Under the pieces are notes generated by a model. It saw only the letters and a program-made list of their open reading frames with translations. It had not been told where the DNA came from and did no database searches. The position numbers and the translations under genes were made by a program. A DNA stretch of 64,000 bases, taken from IMG/VR virus record IMGVR_UViG_3300047160_002519, positions 9,234 through 73,233 of that record; one strand, 5' to 3'. Below, piece by piece: positions 27,426-36,174 of the stretch (positions are counted from its first letter, which is position 1; each line of letters opens with the position of its first letter). This stretch comes from a virus.

Positions 27426-27450
27426 TATCGTAGGCAAAGAGGAATCTACC

Positions 27451-28224
27451 ATGAAGCGCTACCAGGGCGATTTCAAACAGCATCAACAGAACATGCGCTC
27501 TGGAAGCTGCAAGTGGCTGCAATCGTACACCGATGATCTAAACGACGATCTCAAAGGGGAATCCATGAAACAAGGCGTCAAATCCACCGAACGAAAAAGC
27601 GTCTTCACGATCTGCTCGATGAACATTGAGGGCGCGACCCGCAGGGCCATGCGGGCGACTTGCGTCAACTGCGGGCATACGCAGAACACGGTCGCCAACG
27701 CGCAGCACTACAACGACTCGGGCTCAGATGAGCGCGAGGACCGGCGCATCGGTCGGAAGTTCATCAAGGAAGGCTGGGAAGTCGATCTCTTCGGCGGCAA
27801 ACACATTTGCCCAGGCTGCAGGAGCCCGCAGGCGATTAAGCAACAGACACTAGAAAAGGAGCACGAGATGGAGGCCACGGTGGTAGCGATGCCGGTGCGC
27901 GGGATGAGCCGCGAGGATAAGCGGATCGTTTTTCAGAAGATCAGCGAAGTCTACGTCGGGGAGCAAGCCGGCTATCAGCCTCCGTGGACGGACGAGCTTG
28001 TCGCGCGCGACCTCGGCGTGCCTCGCGCCTGGGTGGCAGAGATCAGGGAGGAGATGTTCGGACCCCTGGCCTCGAACAGCGACATTGACGATGCGGTCAA
28101 GGCGGCGCAGACCCTCACCAACGAGATGGTTGCGATCCGCGAGCGATCCGAGGAATTGGGGCGGCAGGCTGAGACCATGCTCAAGCGGCTCGGCAGCATC
28201 GTGAAAAACCTGGGAGCGAATTGA
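27451..28224 (+). CDS. Zn-ribbon-containing hypothetical protein
   Basis: CVNC and CPGC; WTDELVARDLGVPRAWVAEIRE HTH-like motif; start could be 27565. Confidence 0.6.
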   Translation: MKRYQGDFKQHQQNMRSGSCKWLQSYTDDLNDDLKGESMKQGVKSTERKSVFTICSMNIEGATRRAMRATCVNCGHTQNTVANAQHYNDSGSDEREDRRIGRKFIKEGWEVDLFGGKHICPGCRSPQAIKQQTLEKEHEMEATVVAMPVRGMSREDKRIVFQKISEVYVGEQAGYQPPWTDELVARDLGVPRAWVAEIREEMFGPLASNSDIDDAVKAAQTLTNEMVAIRERSEELGRQAETMLKRLGSIVKNLGAN

Positions 28225-28347
28225 TGGGCTTCGATCGCGCCACGGGACTGTTCAACTCGCCCATGATGGGCGAGTCGATGCGCATCAGCGGCGACGACAT
28301 GGTCTGCGGAGCGGGCCATCCTGCTAGAAAAAAGAAAGGAGGGGACC

Positions 28348-28557
28348 ATGATCGACGACAGTGACATCCTGATCCTGCGCTACCTGCGCGCGGCGAACCG
28401 CCCGATCTTCGGCGGCCATCTTTCGCGCAACGAGCCGCTGACCGACACGCGGTTGCTCCGCATGATCGAGAACGGCTGGGTCACTGCCGATGGCGAAGGG
28501 ATCGGCTATTCGATCACCGATGCCGGGCGTGAGGCGTTGAAGCAGGCGGGCAAATGA
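28348..28557 (+). CDS. Small winged-helix-like protein
   Basis: RMIENGWV...YSITDAGREAL; strong RBS. Confidence 0.55.
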   Translation: MIDDSDILILRYLRAANRPIFGGHLSRNEPLTDTRLLRMIENGWVTADGEGIGYSITDAGREALKQAGK

Positions 28558-28664
28558 ACAAAACGAGGAAAGCGAATGGATATGCTTTGCATCGCCATTG
28601 GACTGCTCATGCTTTGCATCACCGCCGCTGACGTCATCATCGGCATCGTCTACGGAGAGGACGA

Positions 28665-28835
28665 ATGGACCCACAGGCCGCACTGACCAGACTGATCGAG
28701 AGCGCACTCGAAAGCGACGATCCCAATCTATCCGACACCGCACACGGTCTCATCAGTTGGCACGCCAGAGGCGGTTTTCTGCCGGACCTCAAGCTGGCAC
28801 TCGATCGAGCCGTGGAGAAGGGACTGCACAAATGA
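28665..28835 (+). CDS. Conserved small phage protein (MDP..L..W..GGFLP), below cutoff
   Basis: MDPQAALTRL...LISWHARGGFLPD. Confidence 0.55.
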   Translation: MDPQAALTRLIESALESDDPNLSDTAHGLISWHARGGFLPDLKLALDRAVEKGLHK

Positions 28836-28951
28836 ACGATGACTTCGAGGATGCCAAGGCTTTCATCCACGGAGTTATCTGGGGCATCGCGGTGTCGGCG
28901 CTGCTGTGCGCTGTCGTGGCGATCAAGGTGATAACGGATTTCCCGCAATGA
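28832..28951 (+). CDS. Small membrane protein
   Basis: MNDDFEDAKAFIHGVIWGIAVSALL. Confidence 0.5.
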   Translation: MNDDFEDAKAFIHGVIWGIAVSALLCAVVAIKVITDFPQ

Positions 28952-29256
28952 AGCATAACAACGAAGGAAGCATCAACGTGAAGATTGGCGAAGCGACCGG
29001 CAACGGCGGCCGGGCGGCTGAATCGTGCGACATCGACGTCGAAAGGATGATCCGCGATCTGCGCGCGATGATGGGGCATCGGCGGCTGCAGGGGAAGATC
29101 GATGAGCAGCGCAATGCCGACATGCGCCACCTCGTCGCGCTGCTGTCACAGCTTTATTGTCTGTGCAGAGGAAAGACTGATTTCATCAGCGCTGACAGCC
29201 CGCTGATGAAGTCGATCGCGATTGCCCTCGAACAGCAAGGGAGGTTCTGGAGATGA
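28948..29256 (+). CDS. Hypothetical protein
   Basis: ATGA-coupled. Confidence 0.5.
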   Translation: MKHNNEGSINVKIGEATGNGGRAAESCDIDVERMIRDLRAMMGHRRLQGKIDEQRNADMRHLVALLSQLYCLCRGKTDFISADSPLMKSIAIALEQQGRFWR

Positions 29257-29328
29257 GCGATATGCCGGGCAACGGATTTTTATGGAGGGAGAGATGACGA
29301 GCAGTCAACCAGGGCACTAACGATTGAC

Positions 29329-29547
29329 ATGGAGGGAGAGATGATCCTGTTTTTAGCACCCGAAGGACCGAAGATGTCCTACGACAACGGCATGCTCGTG
29401 ATGGAGGATTTGAACCCCGAGCAGAAGATGACGTGGCGCATGAGCCGGGGCGACATGGTCCGCCTCGCCCTGAAATGTTTGCGCTGCGCGATCACAAGGG
29501 GTAATCAGGGACAACCACCCCTGCCGAGGGAAGCCAGTCATGATTGA
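29329..29547 (+). CDS. Hypothetical protein
   Basis: EDLNPEQ motif; start may be 29341. Confidence 0.5.
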   Translation: MEGEMILFLAPEGPKMSYDNGMLVMEDLNPEQKMTWRMSRGDMVRLALKCLRCAITRGNQGQPPLPREASHD

Positions 29548-29713
29548 GCTTGAGGAGATCGATCTCGCCGCGCACAGCCCCGCGAGCGCGAACAAGACCA
29601 GGGCAGGCCGCAAGCATATGGCACGCGCCATCGAGAGATGGAAGGCGATGCCGAAATGGAGGCGGCAGTTGCGCGTCATTGAGGGCAAAAATAGAAAGAA
29701 GCGGGGCCAATGA
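29540..29713 (+). CDS. Small basic protein, paralog of next gene (below cutoff)
   Basis: MIELEEIDLAAH...WKAMPKWRRQLRVIEG. Confidence 0.6.
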   Translation: MIELEEIDLAAHSPASANKTRAGRKHMARAIERWKAMPKWRRQLRVIEGKNRKKRGQ

Positions 29714-29919
29714 TTGATCTCGACGAAATCGACCTCTCAGCGCACCACGATCACGAGAGCAAGCGCCCGAGCGCGAAGCGAATCAGGCAGGCCAAGAAGA
29801 TGATCCCGCTATCGCGAGCGACATGGGAAAGGATGCCGCACTGGAAACGGCAATTGCGCGTGATCGAGGCAGCCAAGAAGCGCAAGAACCGGCGACTGTG
29901 TACAGCTTGTGAGGGGTAA
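29710..29919 (+). CDS. Small basic protein
   Basis: MIDLDEIDLSAH...WERMPHWKRQLRVIEA. Confidence 0.6.
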   Translation: MIDLDEIDLSAHHDHESKRPSAKRIRQAKKMIPLSRATWERMPHWKRQLRVIEAAKKRKNRRLCTACEG

Positions 29920-29961
29920 TACTATCCGGGTAAAATAGAGAGAATGAGGGAGATTCGCAGA

Positions 29962-30429
29962 ATGGGTAGCCGAATGGGCAGACCGAAGGGCGCAAAGAAC
30001 CTTTCCACCCGCGCCAGGGAGGAAAAGCAGAAGGCTGACATAGCAGCCGCGCTGAAGAAGGCCAGAGCGGCTGGCCGGGCCGATCCGCGGAGCGCGATGG
30101 ACGAAATCTATAAGGCCCTGGCGCTTTCGGAAGCAGTCACGTCGAGGCTGCGGCCGCGTGCGATCGAGCAGGACATGCACGGCAACCTGACGATTATCGG
30201 CGGGGACATCGATCGGTTCGGGGATTGGTTCGATCGCTGGAAGGGCTGCATCGATTCGCTGGCGAAATACCAATTGGCACCGATCAAGGCCATGGATGCA
30301 CCGACTCCGCCGCCGACCCCAGAGGATATCGAGAAGGGCTCGAAGGTGGTGTTCGGGCTGCGCGTCTTCGAGGGCGGCCGTCCGGTCACGCCGCTCGGCC
30401 AGGACGAGTCCGAGGACGATGACGATTAA
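29962..30429 (+). CDS. Probable terminase small subunit
   Basis: GRPKGAKN N-terminus, LAKYQ motif, upstream of TerL. Confidence 0.55.
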   Translation: MGSRMGRPKGAKNLSTRAREEKQKADIAAALKKARAAGRADPRSAMDEIYKALALSEAVTSRLRPRAIEQDMHGNLTIIGGDIDRFGDWFDRWKGCIDSLAKYQLAPIKAMDAPTPPPTPEDIEKGSKVVFGLRVFEGGRPVTPLGQDESEDDDD

Positions 30430-30443
30430 GGGAGGCTGCATCC

Positions 30444-30632
30444 ATGAGTGAGATCGAGCAAGCCTACGAACGCGGCCGTAGAGACATGGCACAGGAAGTG
30501 TTCGCTCTGGCTGAGGAGACCCGGGATAAGTTCCACGGCAAGGATGCGGACTTCGATCGCGGCCGTATGGTCGAGGCCAAGTCGATCGCAAAAGCCATCG
30601 GCGCAATCCTGCCGCCCAAGGAGGACGAGTGA
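30444..30632 (+). CDS. Hypothetical protein
   Basis: GGGAGG RBS. Confidence 0.5.
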   Translation: MSEIEQAYERGRRDMAQEVFALAEETRDKFHGKDADFDRGRMVEAKSIAKAIGAILPPKEDE

Positions 30633-30633
30633 A

Positions 30634-30834
30634 ATGACCGAACCGAGACGTGAGGACATCAACTGCACGGCGGAACTGATCGAGACGGCCGACCTTGTTA
30701 TGATCCAGCACGGCGACAAGAGGGGCGCGTTTGACCGCCAGATTCAGGCGTTGATCGCGACTGCGCTGCGGCACTATGCCGATCGAGATGCGCGGGAAGA
30801 TGACGCTTGGGACACGCAGGAGCGTAATAACTGA
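30634..30834 (+). CDS. Hypothetical protein
   Basis: GGAGG RBS, start 30634. Confidence 0.45.
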   Translation: MTEPRREDINCTAELIETADLVMIQHGDKRGAFDRQIQALIATALRHYADRDAREDDAWDTQERNN

Positions 30835-30966
30835 TGAATCCCGACCGGGCTATTCGCAATCTTTCGATCGCCATTGTCTGCCTGGGCATCTCACAGTTTA
30901 TGATTGTGGTGGCTGTCCTGCTCCACATTTGGAAGTGACAATGAAGATGGAAGGCGCAATCACCCT

Positions 30967-31185
30967 ATGATGACAGACGCAGAGATGGTGCGCTGGCTGG
31001 AGCTTTCGCCGGAGGAAGGCCGCAAGCTCGTCGAGGAGGAGTTGACGCCGGAAAAGCGGGTGCTGCTCGATCGATTGAAAAAGATGACAGATGAGCGGGA
31101 GATCGTAATGACACGAGGGTGCGTGCGTGCGATGGGCATCATGAGTGCGGCCGACTTTCATCGCATCTGCGGGGAGGCTGAGTGA
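30967..31185 (+). CDS. Hypothetical protein
   Basis: GTGA overlap with TerL. Confidence 0.45.
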   Translation: MMTDAEMVRWLELSPEEGRKLVEEELTPEKRVLLDRLKKMTDEREIVMTRGCVRAMGIMSAADFHRICGEAE

Positions 31186-32504
31186 ATGTCCACCCGACCA
31201 AATGGGTAGAGTTTCAGCGACCGTCGCTCTACCGCAAACAATTCAAAGCGATCTACGATCCACACCGTTACTCGCTGATCGAGGCATCGACTAAATCCGG
31301 TAAGACATCGGGCTGCATTGCGTGGCTGGTCGAGCAGGCGCTCGCCGGTCATGACGGCATGAACTATTGGTGGGTGGCCCCGGTAAGCGATCAATCGCTG
31401 ATTGCCTTTCGCCGCATGCGCCGCTCGATCGGGCCGAAGAATCACACCGCGAACATTTCGCTCAAGACCATCACGCTGCTCAACGGCGCGGTGGTCTGGT
31501 TCAAGTCGGGCGACAAGCCCGACAGCCTCTACGGCGAGGACGTCTATGCGTGCGTGCTCGATGAAGCGAGCCGCATGAAAGAGGAAAGCTACATCGCGGT
31601 TCGGACCACGCTGACCTACACGCGCGGCCCGGTGCGCATCATCGGAAATGTCAGAGGGCGCAAGAACTGGTTCTACCAGATGGCCCGGCGCGCGGAGCGC
31701 GAGACCAAGCTGGGGATCGAGCCGCGCGAGTTGAGCTACCACAAGATCGTGGCGGGCGACGCGGTCAAGGCGGGCGTGCTTGAGGAAAAGGAGATCGAGG
31801 AAGCCAGGGGGCAGATGCCGGAGTCGTGGTTTCGCGAATTGTACTATGCGGAGGCCAGCGACGACGGCGGCAATCCATTTGGGCAACAGCACATCGACGC
31901 CTGCACGCTACCGAACCTGGGCGGGGGCGTCTGCTCGAACAAGCCGCCGCGTGCTTGGGGCTGGGACTTCGCCAAGAAGCGGGACTTCTGCGTCGGGATC
32001 GGACTCGATGAGGACGGCGCGGTCTGCCGCTTCATCCGGTACCAGGGGGTGCCATGGGGCGAGGTGATCAACCGCGTGGTGGCAGAGACCGGCTACACCC
32101 CGGCGCTGGGCGACTCTACTGGCGTCGGGGACCCGGTGGTCGAGGATATCCAGCGAAGGCTCTCAGGAGCCGTTCCGGAGCCCGGTGAGGGGACTTTCCA
32201 GGGCTACAACTTCACCAACGCCAGCAAGCAGAAACTCATGGAGGGCCTCGCTGTGGCCATCCAGACCCGAACCTGCTGGTTTCCTGCGGGCGTCATCAAG
32301 GACGAGCTTGAGCAGTTCGAGTACACGATCTCGAAGGTGGGGGTAGTCAAGTACAGCGCGCCGGAGGGCTACCACGACGACTGCGTGATGGCGCTGGCGC
32401 TGGCGCGGATGTGCTTCGCGATGGTGCCCGGGCAAGTCCGGGTATCTCAGGACCTCATCCGGCAGGTCCGGCAGATGCCCAGGCGGCGACGGATCGGGGG
32501 CTGA
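31182..32504 (+). CDS. terL: Terminase large subunit (Terminase_6 type)
   Basis: Walker A EASTKSGKT, Walker B VLDEA, nuclease GWDFA, DSTGVGDP, HDDCVMALALA. Confidence 0.95.
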   Translation: MNVHPTKWVEFQRPSLYRKQFKAIYDPHRYSLIEASTKSGKTSGCIAWLVEQALAGHDGMNYWWVAPVSDQSLIAFRRMRRSIGPKNHTANISLKTITLLNGAVVWFKSGDKPDSLYGEDVYACVLDEASRMKEESYIAVRTTLTYTRGPVRIIGNVRGRKNWFYQMARRAERETKLGIEPRELSYHKIVAGDAVKAGVLEEKEIEEARGQMPESWFRELYYAEASDDGGNPFGQQHIDACTLPNLGGGVCSNKPPRAWGWDFAKKRDFCVGIGLDEDGAVCRFIRYQGVPWGEVINRVVAETGYTPALGDSTGVGDPVVEDIQRRLSGAVPEPGEGTFQGYNFTNASKQKLMEGLAVAIQTRTCWFPAGVIKDELEQFEYTISKVGVVKYSAPEGYHDDCVMALALARMCFAMVPGQVRVSQDLIRQVRQMPRRRRIGG

Positions 32505-32585
32505 TTCTGGGTTTGTTCTTACGTGGAGATAAATGGTCGGATTTCGAGCTATTTTTCTCCATGCATCAAAAAGGGAGTACCAAGG

Positions 32586-32813
32586 ATGAACGAAGCCTTT
32601 GCGATGTGGATGCTGATGCTCGTGTTCCCGGGCTCGAACTATGCGGTCTACAACTTCCACGACGAGCCAAGCTGCGAGATCGTCCGCAAGCAAGTCGTTG
32701 AAAAGATTAAGAACGTGGAGGCCGCCTGCATGTTCGTCCCCGCGCTTGATGCGCAGATTGCGGGCAGGCAGCGGCAGGCCGACCACGACCACCCGCACCC
32801 GGATCAGCACTGA
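32586..32813 (+). CDS. Hypothetical protein
   Basis: Hydrophobic N-terminus, two Cys. Confidence 0.45.
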   Translation: MNEAFAMWMLMLVFPGSNYAVYNFHDEPSCEIVRKQVVEKIKNVEAACMFVPALDAQIAGRQRQADHDHPHPDQH

Positions 32814-33094
32814 TGCAGCAATGGACCCAGACCACGACCACCTACTGGGACACAAACGCGATTGAGTGGTGGACCCCAGCGCCCGAGCCACCGCGATGGG
32901 AGCTTGACGACAAGGGCAAGAAGCGGAGCGCGATGTGGTTGTTCTGGGTTTTGCCCCAGCGTAGTCTCCGGGCCGATCGGCGGACGGCAGGGCGAGTCGA
33001 TGTCGTCGTTTTTATCGATCGACATAAACGACTCGCCCGATCCCGAACCAAACGGCATGCATTTGGACATTCGCCGCGAAAGGGAAGCGCATGA
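32813..33094 (+). CDS. Hypothetical protein
   Basis: Coupled at both ends. Confidence 0.4.
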   Translation: MQQWTQTTTTYWDTNAIEWWTPAPEPPRWELDDKGKKRSAMWLFWVLPQRSLRADRRTAGRVDVVVFIDRHKRLARSRTKRHAFGHSPRKGSA

Positions 33095-33348
33095 GAATGC
33101 AGGGGATGATTATCCCAGCGGCCATAATCCTGACGTTGTTTGGGGCGGCCATGCCCGTAGCGGGAGCAGAGGAGAAGCGGGGCGGGGGCTTCGATTATTT
33201 CGGAGCTTGGCACGCAGATGTCGATCAAAGTCACGTCCAGCAACCGGCGGCGACGGCTGGAGCACGCAACCGCCACCATTATCCACGAGCTAAACGGCAT
33301 GTCCGCTGCAGCCCTGACGCACAGGGCGAGATGCATTGCAGACAATGA
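33091..33348 (+). CDS. Small secreted protein
   Basis: Signal-peptide-like IIPAAIILTLFGAAMPVAGA. Confidence 0.5.
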   Translation: MRMQGMIIPAAIILTLFGAAMPVAGAEEKRGGGFDYFGAWHADVDQSHVQQPAATAGARNRHHYPRAKRHVRCSPDAQGEMHCRQ

Positions 33349-33557
33349 GATGCGGCTGCGTTTCGAACTGCAGTGGCAGCGCGAGATAGCCGCCCTGAAG
33401 GAAGGTTCACATGAAGGCCACGAAAGCAGCTAACAAGCCGTCAAAGAAGCATGCTACAGCTTCGGCATCAAAGGCGAGTTCGGCATCGGGCTCGGCATCG
33501 GGCTCCGTCGACGTTGACATCGATATTTCAACACCACTCTCAAAGGAGGCACGAAGA

Positions 33558-34034
33558 ATGGCACAGCAAGTCACCATCATCGGCAAAATGACGAAGGCGG
33601 ACGGCACGACCGAATCCGTACAGATTGACGGCATCGCCGCATTGCAGGTTGATCCGGGGTATGGAATCCCCGCCCCGCCCTATCCGGGACAGCCGCCGGT
33701 GCAGCCGCCCGGCATCTGGGGACCGCCCGGACCCTGGCCGACCCCGCCGATCTTTCTGCCGCCCGGTGGCGGCGGAATGCCTCCGGGTGTGGTCACACCA
33801 CCGATCTACTATCCGCCGGAGGTGTCGCATCCGATCGTGCTGCCCGAGCCGCCGGAGATTCCGGAAATCCCGGAACGCCCGCCGATCACGCCGCCCGGTG
33901 GCATCCTCGGTGAGGGCTGGCAGTGGTACTACACGCAGATGTTCGGCTGGATACTCGTCTATCGCCCGCCCGGTGGCGGTGGCAAGCCGCAGCCGCCGCT
34001 TGGCAACGCGCCGATTGCGACCCCGCACAAGTAG
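33558..34034 (+). CDS. Proline-rich protein
   Basis: AAAGGAGG RBS; PGIWGPPGPWPTPPIFLPP, HPIVLP repeats, WQWYY..FGW. Confidence 0.7.
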   Translation: MAQQVTIIGKMTKADGTTESVQIDGIAALQVDPGYGIPAPPYPGQPPVQPPGIWGPPGPWPTPPIFLPPGGGGMPPGVVTPPIYYPPEVSHPIVLPEPPEIPEIPERPPITPPGGILGEGWQWYYTQMFGWILVYRPPGGGGKPQPPLGNAPIATPHK

Positions 34035-34125
34035 CGTGATAGGCGCGGCGGCATCGGATGTGCTACCCCGATGCAAGCCGCGCCACCCCAGGGGAGCCGA
34101 CGCGCCACGTCGGCTCCTTTGCGTT

Positions 34126-34142
34126 TCGGGGATGATAATCCC
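34126..34142 (+). promoter_or_regulatory. Operator-like site TCGGGGATGATAATCCC
   Basis: Identical to 27409; directly after hairpin 34093-34117. Confidence 0.6.
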
Positions 34143-34260
34143 GCAAAGATACACAGATGACATCTAAGTGTGCCAGTGTGGCACAAAAGCACTAGCAATC
34201 ATCCGCGAACCCTGAGATGTACACGGCGTCACTTCAACCGACGACTTAGGGGTTTTCATC

Positions 34261-35142
34261 ATGAAGCGGACTTTGATGGCTGCCATCACCCTGATGGCGG
34301 TATCGCCTGCATGCGCGGGCGACAAGACTAACGCCACTGCGATCTCAGGATCGCAATCCAACTCAGCCTCTCTCTCAGCCTCGAAGGCCAGCGCCACCGC
34401 GATCGGCAACAGGAACTCGGCCAACGCGCAGGGCGGCACCGGCGTCGGCGTCGGCACCGGCGGGAACGTCAATATCGCTGGCGCACCCGCGCAGACCGCG
34501 CAGACCATCACGCAACAGGGCTCCACCTCAGTCACCACCGTTCCAAGCGTGTTCGCGCCAGGATTGGCGGCGGCGGGCATCGAAAGCTGCCTGGGTTCGG
34601 TCTCGGGCGGCGGCTCTTGGCTGGGAACCGGCATTACGCTCGGTGGTTCGATCCCGGACTTGGACTGCACCCGCAGGCTCGATGCCAGGACGCTCTGGAG
34701 TTTCGGGCTGCGCGAACAGGCGGTGGCCCGCATGTGTGACAGCCCGGCGAACCGGCGCGTCATGCCCGACATTTGCGCCCGCTTCGGCTACGCAGTCGAA
34801 GTCGCGCCAGGACCGGCGTCCTTCTTCGCTCCAGCACCGGCAGTGTATGCTCCGGAGGCAGGGCAGGTCCCGAACAGCGACCATTACTCGGGCTCGCTTC
34901 AGCAGGGCGCTTACTACAGCGACCCGTCCACCTATCGCGGCGGGCCGATCATGCTCACTGACGGCAGGACCGGACAGGAGCGCCTCTGCAATAATTACGA
35001 TCTGAAGCACACCAAGTGCCGCGCCTGGGATGGCGTGCAGATCGCGCACAGTTCTCCGCGACCGAAGCAAATGGCCGCGAAGAAGTCCGCCCCGATCAGG
35101 ACGGACGGTAACCCGGCCGTGGCATCCGCCCCGGTCAACTGA
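34261..35142 (+). CDS. Secreted/lipoprotein-like moron protein
   Basis: Signal peptide; ESCLGSVSGG...DLDCTRRLDARTLWSFG..AVARMC conserved Cys motif. Confidence 0.65.
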   Translation: MKRTLMAAITLMAVSPACAGDKTNATAISGSQSNSASLSASKASATAIGNRNSANAQGGTGVGVGTGGNVNIAGAPAQTAQTITQQGSTSVTTVPSVFAPGLAAAGIESCLGSVSGGGSWLGTGITLGGSIPDLDCTRRLDARTLWSFGLREQAVARMCDSPANRRVMPDICARFGYAVEVAPGPASFFAPAPAVYAPEAGQVPNSDHYSGSLQQGAYYSDPSTYRGGPIMLTDGRTGQERLCNNYDLKHTKCRAWDGVQIAHSSPRPKQMAAKKSAPIRTDGNPAVASAPVN

Positions 35143-35170
35143 AACCTTACCAAACGAGGATGATACTCAC

Positions 35171-35527
35171 ATGAAGAAGCTTTTGATCTCTGCGTCGCTG
35201 GCGGCTGCTTTGGCTCTGATCTCTGCCCCGGCGATGTCCCAGACCGCCATCACGGCATCCGGCTCCGGCCAGATCACGTCGAGCGCCTCGGGCGTCGTCA
35301 CCCACGGCTTGGCGGTTGGCGTCGCAGCGGGTAATCAGGTGAACACCGGGCAGGCTGCTGGTGTGGCAGTCAACACTCCGGCGGGGAGCTTGACGGCTGC
35401 GATCTCGCAGAACCAGAGCCTGGGCAACTCCAGCACCTTCACGGCTGGCGCGCTGGGTGGCAGCGCAGCGGCTGCGAACACTGGTTTCAACCTGGGCGCG
35501 GCTGGCTCGGTCGCGAACACTCACTAG
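35171..35527 (+). CDS. Secreted Ala/Gly/Ser/Asn-rich protein
   Basis: MKKLLISASLAAALALISAPAMS signal peptide; repetitive beta-prone body. Confidence 0.65.
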   Translation: MKKLLISASLAAALALISAPAMSQTAITASGSGQITSSASGVVTHGLAVGVAAGNQVNTGQAAGVAVNTPAGSLTAAISQNQSLGNSSTFTAGALGGSAAAANTGFNLGAAGSVANTH

Positions 35528-35580
35528 AGTTGGCTTGGGAGCCGGATGACGTTCGCGTGATCCGGTAAATCAAGTACAAG

Positions 35581-35625
35581 TCGGCCCGCCTCTGTCCCCA
35601 AAGGAAGCGGGCCGATCTGCTTTTT
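35581..35625 (+). terminator. Rho-independent terminator
   Basis: TCGGCCCGC...GCGGGCCGA stem then TCTGCTTTTT. Confidence 0.55.
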
Positions 35626-35759
35626 ACGGGTCAAGTCATTTTTCAAGTTTCAAGTTAGCCTACTGCCGCAAGGGCTCCGTGTCCTGAAACGAGCCGATTC
35701 CGCGATTTGGCAAAAGTCGATTTGGTATGATGCGCGCGTCAATAACAGTGGGTAGCACC

Positions 35760-35999
35760 ATGACGCACGAACTCGACATTCCCGACTTCCTCAAAGCCAC
35801 GCCGGAGAACACGGCCGCCGCGCGCAAAGCGTGGAAGGCCAAGAAGTCGGGCAAGAAGAAGGCGATCAAGCGGCGGCCGTTTCATCTGCCCAAGACCATG
35901 GAGCCTGCAGGACTAGCGCTTTTGAAGCAGATCGAGGCCGACAAGGCGGCCAAGCGCGAGGCACGCTTCGCCATGCTAAAGTCACGCAACCGCCGTTAG
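35760..35999 (+). CDS. Small basic protein
   Basis: LDIPDFLK N-terminal motif, Lys-rich. Confidence 0.55.
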   Translation: MTHELDIPDFLKATPENTAAARKAWKAKKSGKKKAIKRRPFHLPKTMEPAGLALLKQIEADKAAKREARFAMLKSRNRR

Positions 36000-36025
36000 A
36001 CTTCATGGCCCGCGCGTGATAGACG
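35997..36025 (+). promoter_or_regulatory. Putative promoter upstream of portal (TAGACT-17bp-TAGACG, extended TG)
   Basis: GCGTGATA core also at 44301; followed by 10-bp perfect hairpin GGCCCTCCGG/CCGGAGGGCC. Confidence 0.4.
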
Positions 36026-36174
36026 TCCCCTCCGTCGCCAGGGCTCCACGCTCGAAGCGGCTTCATGAGAGACCCCAGGCCCTCCGGGTGTGATGCCCCT
36101 ATCCGGAGGGCCGTCTTGTGTCCGCATTCGCGATCTGCGATCTTGAAAAAGAATCAAGACGTGGGGAATCAAAG

